Shown: positions 9,219 to 15,713 of the stretch, piece by piece | Numbering within the stretch: position 1 is the stretch's first letter | Layout: every line of letters begins with the position of its first letter | From: a virus | Virus record (IMG/VR): IMGVR_UViG_3300024348_000026 | Coordinates: 3,530 to 67,529 of that record | DNA: 64,000 nt | Direction: 5' to 3' (one strand) | The notes under the pieces: model-generated | Told to the model about the DNA's origin: nothing | The model's input: the letters and a program-made list of their open reading frames with translations, nothing else | Databases searched by the model: none | Made by a program: the position numbers and the translations under genes

Positions 9219-9454
9219 TTGAAAGTTTTGGTTTCTGTTTTTATCTTTGGCTTTCTTGTTAGGATGACCTCTAGCTCAAATTCATCATCTTTTTGCATAT
9301 CAGAAAATAAAGGGTAATCCGTTTCTTCAAAGTTTACTCCAATTCGTGAACAGTTTCTATTCTTGTCAGGATAAGCTAGAAACGAATAGCTATAACTCTC
9401 GCCGCAAAACCACTTGTCATAATTTGTTGAGTGAGATGTAAGACATGCTTTCAT
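9215..9454 (-). CDS. hypothetical protein
   Basis: ORF with ATGA overlaps. Confidence 0.65.
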   Translation of the reverse strand: MKACLTSHSTNYDKWFCGESYSYSFLAYPDKNRNCSRIGVNFEETDYPLFSDMQKDDEFELEVILTRKPKIKTETKTFK

Positions 9455-9831
9455 TTTTTAATTGTGTATTTTTGTTGATTATATAAGTATTGAAAATCGC
9501 CATATTTATCATCAAATAGGTGGCGGCCATAAATATCAAGAACGAATGCTGCCAGAGACGGAGAATAAACTATCCCAGCTTCTCTGGTTTTGTATATTAA
9601 TCCGTTTTCGGTTAGTTGAGTGTCTTCCCAAGAAACAATATCTCCTTCATAAATTTCCTCTCCGCATTCCCCCATAATTCCAGTAGAAAACTGGACGATT
9701 AAATCCTCGTCTTCTTCTCTATGGACGTATCCATCCATAACATCTTCCATAAATAACTGCCCAAGAGAATTTGTAAAATAACCAGAGGGCATATATTCTT
9801 TCGTTTTCTTATTAAAAACTCTAAATTTCAT
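9451..9831 (-). CDS. YopX family protein
   Basis: MKFRVFNK...QFSTGIMGECGEEIYEGDIV. Confidence 0.85.
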   Translation of the reverse strand: MKFRVFNKKTKEYMPSGYFTNSLGQLFMEDVMDGYVHREEDEDLIVQFSTGIMGECGEEIYEGDIVSWEDTQLTENGLIYKTREAGIVYSPSLAAFVLDIYGRHLFDDKYGDFQYLYNQQKYTIKK

Positions 9832-10076
9832 AGCCGAATACTAATCTATATCGATCTGATTGTCCATAAAATACTCGTCCTTATCCATAAATAATTCTTT
9901 CACAGTGTCTTCCGTAAAGGATTGGTGGATTAAAATTGTTTTAAATGTGTCGATCCAATCCTCCAAGCTTGCGTCCCAATTAAGGGTGAGTTGGACACTT
10001 TTAAATCTTGTTGGATCGCTAACGCTGATGGTTATGTTTTTAAGTTGATTGATCATAAACAGAAATTTTTGTAAAG

Positions 10077-10153
10077 TGGTAGCCAAGGCGGGACTCCAAC
10101 CCGCAAAACCTAGTTTCTAAAACTAGTATGTAAAGCAATTCCATCACTTGGCC
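10077..10153 (-). tRNA. tRNA-Leu(TAG), short variable loop
   Basis: acceptor GGCCAAG/CTTGGCT; anticodon arm CTAGT-TTTAGAA-ACTAG; encoded CCA. Confidence 0.85.
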
Positions 10154-10335
10154 ATTTTTTTAAAGACATGCTCCTCACTATCATCATCGGTAAAGATAAT
10201 TTCTTTCGCGGAGAGAAACATGTGAAAATCTTTGATAAACATTGGGAGTTTTAATTCTTTAATATCAGTGAATTCGTATCTAGAGTTCAGGTCTTCTCTG
10301 GTTAAATAAATAGTTCCATCGATGATTTCGCTCAT
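10144..10335 (-). CDS. hypothetical protein (leaderless)
   Basis: TTGCTT-N16-TAACAT-N6-ATG. Confidence 0.6.
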   Translation of the reverse strand: MSEIIDGTIYLTREDLNSRYEFTDIKELKLPMFIKDFHMFLSAKEIIFTDDDSEEHVFKKMAK

Positions 10336-10378
10336 AGGTATATGTTATAGATATTAAAGAATAAAGCAAGAAAATATT

Positions 10379-10596
10379 AACAAATATCAGTCGCTACTCT
10401 GATTAGAAGTCTTTTTTGGACCAATAGGATAAGCTTCCTTCGCACAAGCGTATTCAGCCATTCTATTTACTCCCCACACACGGGTTATCTCTTCGGTCAA
10501 GGTCGGATTACTCATATCAGCATTCTCGGTGTGTCTCCGTCTGATACTTTCGGCCAACTTATGTTCCTGCGTGTCTGCTTTCCACGCCGATTTGTT
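10379..10596 (-). ncRNA. ~218-nt tRNA-framed structured RNA
   Basis: closing stem AACAAAT/ATTTGTT; D-like arm GCGT-GGAAAGCAGAC-ACGC; T-like arm ATCAG-AGTAGCGA-CTGAT; long structured insert. Confidence 0.65.
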
Positions 10597-10601
10597 AAAA
10601 C

Positions 10602-10692
10602 TGGAAATGAGCAATGCTACTGGCGAGTAAGTCTCCAAGATCCCTCTCCTCCGCTTGCGCGGCAATAGCCCGTTTTTCATTGGGCGCTCATT
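10602..10692 (-). ncRNA. 91-nt CCA-ended structured RNA
   Basis: AATGAGC/GCTCATT-T-CCA; GCTATTG/CAGTAGC helix; CCGC-GCAA-GCGG GNRA hairpin. Confidence 0.6.
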
Positions 10693-10702
10693 ATTTGAAA
10701 AT

Positions 10703-10778
10703 TGGAGGGCGGTGTGAGAATTTAACTCACTTAAAGATGGGTTGCAATCATCTGCCTAAACAGTCGAGCCAACCGCCC
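10703..10778 (-). tRNA. tRNA-Cys(GCA)
   Basis: GGGCGGT/ACCGCCC-T-CCA; anticodon loop TTGCAAC. Confidence 0.85.
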
Positions 10779-10787
10779 ATTAAAAAT

Positions 10788-11300
10788 TTATTTTTGTAAC
10801 TCTAAAAGTTTTTCTTTTAAGCGTTCTTTTATAGCCCTTGAAGGTTTGTTATTATTAATACGAGGAAATTTTCCAGACTCTTTTATTGCTTCCGTTAATG
10901 CTCTAAGCATGGTTCCCGCATGACCAGTATATAGGAAAAACTCCATTACGTCTCCAGCTTGAGGACAAAGAATAACACTCAAGCCCATGTGTTCATATTT
11001 ACTGGAAGAAGGGACAATAAACCCAATACTACTCATAAACATTGTATCGTCAAAATGGAAGACTTTTACTTGAGGCTTGTCTGCCGCCCATTTTTCCAAT
11101 ATTTCTCCATAAACATAACCGCCCATTCCTTTTTCGTATTCTGGCGCGGAATGACGAAGAGCGTGAAGGTTTTCGTCTTCTGGGGGATCGTAATCGATGT
11201 CAATCAATTCGCTAAGAATCTTTTGTTGCTCTTCGGTCGCTTGAATCTCTTCATTGTCGATCCAATAAGAATCGCCTGAGTAGCCTGTGATTTCCTTCAT
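10788..11300 (-). CDS. hypothetical protein inside the tRNA array
   Basis: own promoter TTGACT-N17-TACTCT-N6-ATG (11307-11335). Confidence 0.7.
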   Translation of the reverse strand: MKEITGYSGDSYWIDNEEIQATEEQQKILSELIDIDYDPPEDENLHALRHSAPEYEKGMGGYVYGEILEKWAADKPQVKVFHFDDTMFMSSIGFIVPSSSKYEHMGLSVILCPQAGDVMEFFLYTGHAGTMLRALTEAIKESGKFPRINNNKPSRAIKERLKEKLLELQK

Positions 11301-11344
11301 GCGCAAAGAGTAGCGGAAAAAGAGAAGGAAGTCAAGAGGAAAAA

Positions 11345-11425
11345 TGAAGCGCGAGGAAGTTGAATCCTTTTTACTAAAATGCTTCCTTGCAAGGAAAGTG
11401 CTACACCCGTGTAGCCACGCGCCCC
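11345..11425 (-). tRNA. tRNA-Ala(TGC), atypical
   Basis: GGGGCGC/GCGCTTC with G3.U70; loop CTTGCAA; extended variable region; no CCA. Confidence 0.65.
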
Positions 11426-11511
11426 TTAAAATTGACAGAAGTTCAAAACTGTCATATAAACTTATTTTGTCAGACTGGTATAAGTGAGCCTTGATTGGCT
11501 TTTTAAAAAAG

Positions 11512-11584
11512 CAGTCCCACTCTTACTTGAAAAGAGAATTGAGGATTCAAAATCTTCTGTTTTAGCCAGCTAAACTATAGGGCA
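11512..11584 (-). tRNA. tRNA-Gln(TTG), degenerate
   Basis: D arm and CTCTT-TTCAAGT-AAGAG T arm intact; loop TTTTGAA; mismatched acceptor. Confidence 0.5.
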
Positions 11585-11663
11585 ATTAAATTTAAGCATT
11601 TTCTGCTTTTCTATTTTTAAATCAAAAAATTTGTGTAAAGAAGGTTAGCTCTATTTATCTATC

Positions 11664-11981
11664 ATGAATCGCGAATTATTAATCAAGGCCCTTTCTTTTC
11701 TTACCTCTATAGGGCTTGCTATTACAGGCTATTTTTTAGCGGATACTTACGCTAAAATGGACGGAATGAGAAAAGATATTACTGAACTACAGATTAGCTC
11801 AGAGAGAGTAAGTGCTAGTAGATTTTCTTCTTCTGATTTCGTAAAAGCGAAAGAGATTATTGACTCTCAGATTGTCGCCACAGACAAAAGAGTTATTGCT
11901 TTAGAAGAGTCTCAGAAAACAATTAAAGAGTATTTGGTTGAAATGAAGACCGATATTAAAGAGATTAAAAATCAGAGATAA
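11664..11981 (+). CDS. membrane-anchored coiled-coil (holin/XhlA-like) protein, antisense to the tRNA array
   Basis: N-terminal TM segment plus coiled coil; GTGTAA motif at 11633. Confidence 0.6.
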   Translation: MNRELLIKALSFLTSIGLAITGYFLADTYAKMDGMRKDITELQISSERVSASRFSSSDFVKAKEIIDSQIVATDKRVIALEESQKTIKEYLVEMKTDIKEIKNQR

Positions 11982-11990
11982 GATCTGACT

Positions 11991-12734
11991 TTATAATGTT
12001 TTTATAAAAGCTTTATTTATTTGCTCGTCCTTTAAAATAAGAACACTGACGCCATTTTGCTCGCGAACTTTTTTAATTTTTTCTTCATCTTTGACCGCTA
12101 AAAAATCATTCTTAGGGTCAAGATATATGTTTTTATCTATTAAGTAAAAGTCAGGAAAGTATTTTTTATTATCGTATTTTAAATATTTTGGCCTAATCCA
12201 CTTAATATCCAAGTCGTCTAGTATCTCTGCCGTTCTTTTTTCGTAACTAGATTGTAGGCAAACTTCATTGCCAAAACTATCTTTTACATAATATTTATTA
12301 CTGCGTCCCGCCTTAGCCCGATAACCTCCTTGATTGCCATTTTTATTACCTTTGTGAGAGAAATGCTTAAATTTTTCTTCTTCTGACAAATTATCTATAA
12401 ATAATTTAAAAGCATCCTTACTAGAACGAGTTTTTAATAACCCTCTTTTTTTAGCTTGGCTAGTTGTTAACTGATTAATGCCATGTTTTTCCAACAAATC
12501 TCTATAAGAAAGTCCAGAATCGTATTCTTTTTGAATAAAATCCCAATCGACAGCATCTATTTGGGATTTTCTAGGCTTGTCATCGAGCCCTTTTGGGCCA
12601 GAAAAGGCGCAGCTTTTAAATCCAAATTTTTTTAACCAATATTTGATTGTAGATTGGCTACAGGAGTATTTCTCAGCAATTTCTCTTTGAGATAATTTTT
12701 GTTTAATCAACCTTTCTAATTCGAATTTATTCAT
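11991..12734 (-). CDS. HTH plus PD-(D/E)xK free-standing homing-type endonuclease
   Basis: LSQREIA...SQSTIKYWLKK HTH; QSSYE...YFPDFYL...YLDPK. Confidence 0.8.
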   Translation of the reverse strand: MNKFELERLIKQKLSQREIAEKYSCSQSTIKYWLKKFGFKSCAFSGPKGLDDKPRKSQIDAVDWDFIQKEYDSGLSYRDLLEKHGINQLTTSQAKKRGLLKTRSSKDAFKLFIDNLSEEEKFKHFSHKGNKNGNQGGYRAKAGRSNKYYVKDSFGNEVCLQSSYEKRTAEILDDLDIKWIRPKYLKYDNKKYFPDFYLIDKNIYLDPKNDFLAVKDEEKIKKVREQNGVSVLILKDEQINKAFIKTL

Positions 12735-12790
12735 ACTCATTATTACACGATTTTGGTCAAACGAGTATTTTTATTTTAGTCAAATTACAG

Positions 12791-12866
12791 TCCTCCCGAC
12801 TCGCATCGAACGAGTAATTTCCAATTATCAATCGGAGGTTATATGTGCCGTTTTAACTACAGGAGG
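12791..12866 (-). tRNA. tRNA-Ile(GAT)
   Basis: CCTCCTG/CGGGAGG; TCCGA-TTGATAA-TTGGA; TTCGA T loop. Confidence 0.85.
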
Positions 12867-12872
12867 TAAAAT

Positions 12873-12947
12873 TGGAGGGTCGTCAGAGATTTTAACTCTG
12901 TTCTTCCTTCATACCAAGAAGGGCTTCAACGTCAAAGCTTACGGTCC
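12873..12947 (-). tRNA. tRNA-Thr(GGT), two acceptor mismatches
   Basis: CCTTC-TTGGTAT-GAAGG; encoded CCA. Confidence 0.65.
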
Positions 12948-12955
12948 ATTAAAAG

Positions 12956-13038
12956 TGGATCTGGAGGTGAGATTCGAACTCACGGTGTTGTATTCCTACT
13001 TACAAGGTAGGTGCTTTCGACCACTTAGCGACTCCAGA
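12956..13038 (-). tRNA. tRNA-Thr(TGT), extended variable loop
   Basis: TCTGGAG/CTCCAGA-T-CCA; CCTAC-CTTGTAA-GTAGG. Confidence 0.9.
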
Positions 13039-13163
13039 ATATAAAATTTAACACTAGACCTTTTGTTATGTTTCTTGGTCCTTCTAGAGAGGACAACTAG
13101 CGTAATATTTAATCATTTTTATGGGTAATTAATCCACTACTCGCGAAAAAACATTAAAAAATA

Positions 13164-13252
13164 AGAAAGACATGAAGATCGAACTCAAAAACTTCTTAGG
13201 ACCTCCCTCTAATTAACAATTAACGACCACCACCGAGGCGGCATTATCTTCC
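13164..13252 (-). pseudogene. degenerate class II (Ser-like) tRNA
   Basis: GGAAGAT acceptor, long variable region, TTCGA loop, weak anticodon arm. Confidence 0.4.
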
Positions 13253-13261
13253 ATTTAAAAT

Positions 13262-13348
13262 TGGAAGAACACTGAGCAATCCAAGCCCATGACCTTCGAC
13301 CACCATCATCTTTCCAAAATGCGCCCCAAGCTTAGGGGTTAATACTCC
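13262..13348 (-). tRNA. tRNA-Ser(GGA)
   Basis: loop TTGGAAA; long variable arm; G.U-rich acceptor; CCA. Confidence 0.65.
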
Positions 13349-13357
13349 ATTTAAAAT

Positions 13358-13464
13358 TGGTTCGGCCCCCGATCAGGTCGCTCATTCAAGCCGTTGCAAA
13401 AACCTACGGATTACGAGAAAGAGGATCGAATTCCCTCCTTGAATACCCTCATTGCGGGGTCCGA
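13358..13464 (-). ncRNA. K-turn CCA RNA, copy 1
   Basis: CCCCGCAATGAGGG...GAGCGACCTGATCGGGG...ACCA. Confidence 0.65.
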
Positions 13465-13467
13465 AAT

Positions 13468-13590
13468 TGGTGCGGTGGCAGTTCGTCAATACTGCCTTGC
13501 AAGGGACTCCGAAATACCCTATGATCTCCTTTTTCTAGTATAGGCCGAGATTTCCTAACTTTTACTTCGGGTTTTTTTGACTATACCGCA
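13468..13590 (-). ncRNA. 123-nt CCA-ended tRNA-like RNA
   Basis: TGCGGT/ACCGCA-CCA; T-like arm GGCAGT-ATTGACGA-ACTGCC; CCGAAGTA/TATTTCGG helix. Confidence 0.6.
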
Positions 13591-13598
13591 TTGAAAAT

Positions 13599-13674
13599 TG
13601 GTGGCCAACATCAGATTCTAACTGACAATACAAAGTTCGTAGCTTTGCGTGATATACAATTTCACTAATCGGCC
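13599..13674 (-). tRNA. tRNA-Arg(ACG)
   Basis: CAAAG-CTACGAA-CTTTG; CCA. Confidence 0.9.
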
Positions 13675-13680
13675 TTAAAT

Positions 13681-13757
13681 TGGTCCGCGAGGTCAGGCTT
13701 GAACTGACATTATACTCTTTCACAAAGAGGACTTTTACCATTAAAGTTACTCACGGA
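13681..13757 (-). tRNA. tRNA-His(GTG) with U-1:A73
   Basis: T-CCGTGAG/CTCGCGG-A-CCA; loop TTGTGAA. Confidence 0.85.
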
Positions 13758-13765
13758 TTAAAAGA

Positions 13766-13923
13766 TTTCCCCACTACCGAAAATCACAGTGACTATTTCC
13801 TATCGGTCGCTACCCCAATCATACTTTAATTTGCGTCGGATTACTATATTAGCCCTCTAGAAGCGACCTAGACGCTCGTTAATATAGCGCATTATGGGAT
13901 CTTTGTCCATAATGGTGAGGAAA
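13766..13923 (-). ncRNA. 158-nt multi-hairpin RNA with complementary loops
   Basis: TTTCCTCAC/GTGGGGAAA closing stem; CATTATGG/CCATAATG; GCTATATTA/TAATATAGT; loop GTCGCT complementary to AGCGAC. Confidence 0.65.
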
Positions 13924-13926
13924 AAT

Positions 13927-14000
13927 TGGTGCGCCGTGCGGGAGTCTAACCCGCGCTTGATACTTGGAAGGAACCCGTGCTAACGTAACACTTACAGCGC
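13927..14000 (-). tRNA. tRNA-Gly(TCC)
   Basis: GCGCTGT/ACGGCGC-A-CCA; loop CTTCCAA. Confidence 0.85.
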
Positions 14001-14007
14001 ATAAAAA

Positions 14008-14094
14008 GGTGAGCGGGATACCTCGTAATTATTGTGAATCAGGCGTGGATGTTGTCCCATTGGATCGCCACTTATATCACTCATACGCCGCTCA
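14008..14094 (-). ncRNA. 87-nt irregular long hairpin RNA
   Basis: TGAGCGG/CCGCTCA-CC closing stem with nested short helices. Confidence 0.45.
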
Positions 14095-14102
14095 TTGAAA
14101 AC

Positions 14103-14178
14103 TGGCCCCTGTTGGTAGAATTGAACTACCGTCTCAAGATCTTCAATCTAGCGCTAAGGCCAACTCAGCTAAACAGGG
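14103..14178 (-). tRNA. tRNA-Phe(GAA)
   Basis: CCCTGTT/AACAGGG-G-CCA; loop TTGAAGA. Confidence 0.9.
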
Positions 14179-14185
14179 TAAAAAT

Positions 14186-14277
14186 TGGCACTATCCCTTG
14201 GGCTTGAACCAAGATACCGTTCTAGACGGAATACAACATCTTAACAGGATGCCCTCTTGCCATTAGAGTAGGATAGT
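14186..14277 (-). tRNA. tRNA-Asn(GTT) with a long variable arm
   Basis: ACTATCC/GGATAGT-G-CCA; GCATC-CTGTTAA-GATGT; extra CCGT-CTAGA-ACGG hairpin. Confidence 0.85.
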
Positions 14278-14282
14278 AAAAT

Positions 14283-14356
14283 TGGTGAACCGCCACGGTA
14301 ACTCTCCGTGTTCTAGATGTTAAAAGCATCTTGCATCAATTTAATGCTTGCAGTCC
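14283..14356 (-). tRNA. tRNA-Lys(TTT)
   Basis: AGATG-CTTTTAA-CATCT; non-canonical T loop AGAGTTA; CCA. Confidence 0.85.
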
Positions 14357-14373
14357 ATTAAAAAATCATAAAA

Positions 14374-14664
14374 TTGGCTTTTGAATTAAACGGAATCTTC
14401 CATTATGAACCTATATATGGAGAAGAAAAATTAGATAAAATCCAAAACAATGATGAGCGAAAATTCGCAGCCTGTCGAGAAGCTGGTATTTCATTATGTA
14501 TAATAGACACAAGCTCTCAAAAATACGTCAAGCCTAATACTTCTAAAAAATACTTGGATATTATCATTGAGATTATAAATAAGCACACGGATAAGAAATC
14601 GAATCTTACTCACAAAGATTTGGAGTCTTCGTCGCCTAGCCTTGGAACATGCCCGTGCGTTTAA
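14374..14664 (+). pseudogene. C-terminal fragment of a Vsr/PD-(D/E)xK homing-type endonuclease
   Basis: LAFELNGIFHYEPIYG...DERKFAACREAGISLCII; N-terminus missing; runs into tRNA-Trp. Confidence 0.65.
14584..14658 (-). tRNA. tRNA-Trp(CCA)
   Basis: GAAGA-CTCCAAA-TCTTT; TTCGA T loop; no encoded 3' CCA. Confidence 0.75.
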
Positions 14665-14668
14665 AAAT

Positions 14669-14760
14669 TGGAGGATAACTGAGGTGTCGATCCCCATCCC
14701 GCTACTAACGGAATCACCTGTTTTCAAGGCAGAGTCGCAAGCCGTTGCGATAAATTATCC
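14669..14760 (-). tRNA. tRNA-Ser(TGA)
   Basis: GGATAAT/GTTATCC-T-CCA; loop CTTGAAA; long variable arm. Confidence 0.85.
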
Positions 14761-14766
14761 ATAAAT

Positions 14767-14866
14767 TGGCTCCCCGCTCAGGTCGCTCTTATTCAGGTGT
14801 CTAGCGTAATCGGTTTTCTCGCCTTCTTCGCCATTGACGTTTCAGAATAAGCCCTCATTGTGGGGT
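14767..14866 (-). ncRNA. K-turn CCA RNA, copy 2
   Basis: CCCCACAATGAGGG...GAGCGACCTGAGCGGGGAGCCA. Confidence 0.65.
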
Positions 14867-14877
14867 ATTGTATAAAT

Positions 14878-14967
14878 TGGTGCGTGTTGAGGAAGTCGAA
14901 TCCCCTATGGTTCTTATGTTCTGGGTTTACAATCCAGCGCAGCACTCTCCAACTCTGCCGAACACGC
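14878..14967 (-). tRNA. tRNA-Tyr(GTA)
   Basis: GCGTGTT/AACACGC-A-CCA; loop TTGTAAA; long variable region. Confidence 0.9.
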
Positions 14968-14975
14968 TTTGAAAA

Positions 14976-15027
14976 TGGTCGCTCCCCATACGGCTCATGA
15001 AACCGTTACGCTTGCAAGCAGGGAGCG
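14976..15027 (-). ncRNA. 52-nt T-armless mini-tRNA with CAT anticodon
   Basis: CGCTCCC/GGGAGCG-A-CCA; GCT-TGCA-AGC; ACGGT-TTCATGA-GCCGT. Confidence 0.7.
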
Positions 15028-15035
15028 TTTGAAAA

Positions 15036-15107
15036 TTGCAGGTGCGAGAATCGAACTCGCTTACGAGGCTTATGAAACCCCTTTCTGAACCATTCGAATT
15101 ACCTGCG
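15036..15107 (-). tRNA. initiator tRNA-fMet(CAT)
   Basis: C1xA72 mismatch; GGGGT-TTCATAA-GCCTC. Confidence 0.85.
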
Positions 15108-15118
15108 ATTGAAAAATA

Positions 15119-15186
15119 AAGGTGTCCTACCATTAGACGACGACGAGCAATAAGCGTATCGGTAGGGGTCGAACCTACATTTCCTT
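15119..15186 (-). ncRNA. YrlA-like (circularly permuted tRNA-like) RNA 1
   Basis: order is T arm GTAGG-TTCGACC-CCTAC, looped acceptor, D arm GTCT-AATGGTA-GGAC; closed by AAGG/CCTT. Confidence 0.7.
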
Positions 15187-15200
15187 AAAATTTGTAAAAT

Positions 15201-15277
15201 TGGTCAGGCATGTGGAATTTGAATCCACAATCTCAACATCCCAAATGTTGCGCGATACCAAGTTACGCTAATGCCTG
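15201..15277 (-). tRNA. tRNA-Pro(TGG)
   Basis: CAGGCAT/ATGCCTG-A-CCA; CAACA-TTTGGGA-TGTTG. Confidence 0.9.
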
Positions 15278-15344
15278 ATTGACGCCCCCGTGCAATCTGT
15301 TACACTAATCAATATCGGAGTCGCACCGCTCTTGAGGCTGAATC
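15278..15344 (-). ncRNA. YrlA-like permuted RNA 2
   Basis: T-like arm CGG-TGCGACT-CCG, then D arm GTGT-AACAGATT-GCAC; closed by GCCTC/GGGGC and GATT/AATC. Confidence 0.55.
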
Positions 15345-15351
15345 TATAAAT

Positions 15352-15427
15352 TGGTCATGCTAGGGGGATTTGAACCCTCCAATGACACGTTGAAAGCGTG
15401 TCGTGCTAACCTTTACACTATAGCATG
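15352..15427 (-). tRNA. tRNA-Glu(TTC)
   Basis: CATGCTA/TAGCATG-A-CCA; ACACG-CTTTCAA-CGTGT. Confidence 0.9.
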
Positions 15428-15713
15428 TTTAAAATTTAAGATTACTAAAGCCGCTCTTACTCGATTGATTAGATCTCCAGTGGCTGCTTGTTCATCTACG
15501 GTTTTCTATCTTGACGGAATCACCCGCTATTGTCGAGAACCTGAAAATTTATCCGCTGAACTTCATTCGAATTAAAAACTCAAAAATGAAAAAACTTAAC
15601 AGGCAAGCGGAATATTGCCATAATAAAAATTTCTGTTTAGTAGGTTTATTTCACCCTAATCTCCCTTTCGGACCTTTGCGGCTTCTTGGCGCTCGCTGCC
15701 GTTGATGTTTTAG

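Noticed and set aside
10387-10680. 97-aa ORF, or a tmRNA
   Set aside because: The ORF overlaps two well-formed RNA structures. There is no G3.U70 Ala acceptor, TTC T loop or CCA for tmRNA.
11430-11500. Possible tRNA-Val(GAC) remnant
   Set aside because: Only a CTGACAA loop-like string and one hairpin; no cloverleaf could be built.
13078-13094. Hairpin GTCCT-CTCTAGA-AGGAC (minus strand) resembling an amber-suppressor anticodon arm, raising possible TAG recoding
   Set aside because: No acceptor, D or T arm surrounds it. Long genes are intact in the standard code and TAG ends ORFs (e.g. at 36849).
13358-14866. TIGR-Tas or CRISPR-like guide array
   Set aside because: Only two non-tandem copies and no recognisable Nop-domain or Cas protein here. 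Kept only as an ncRNA motif.
14494-15705. Short ORFs across the tRNA region
   Set aside because: They overlap confident tRNAs or structured RNAs.
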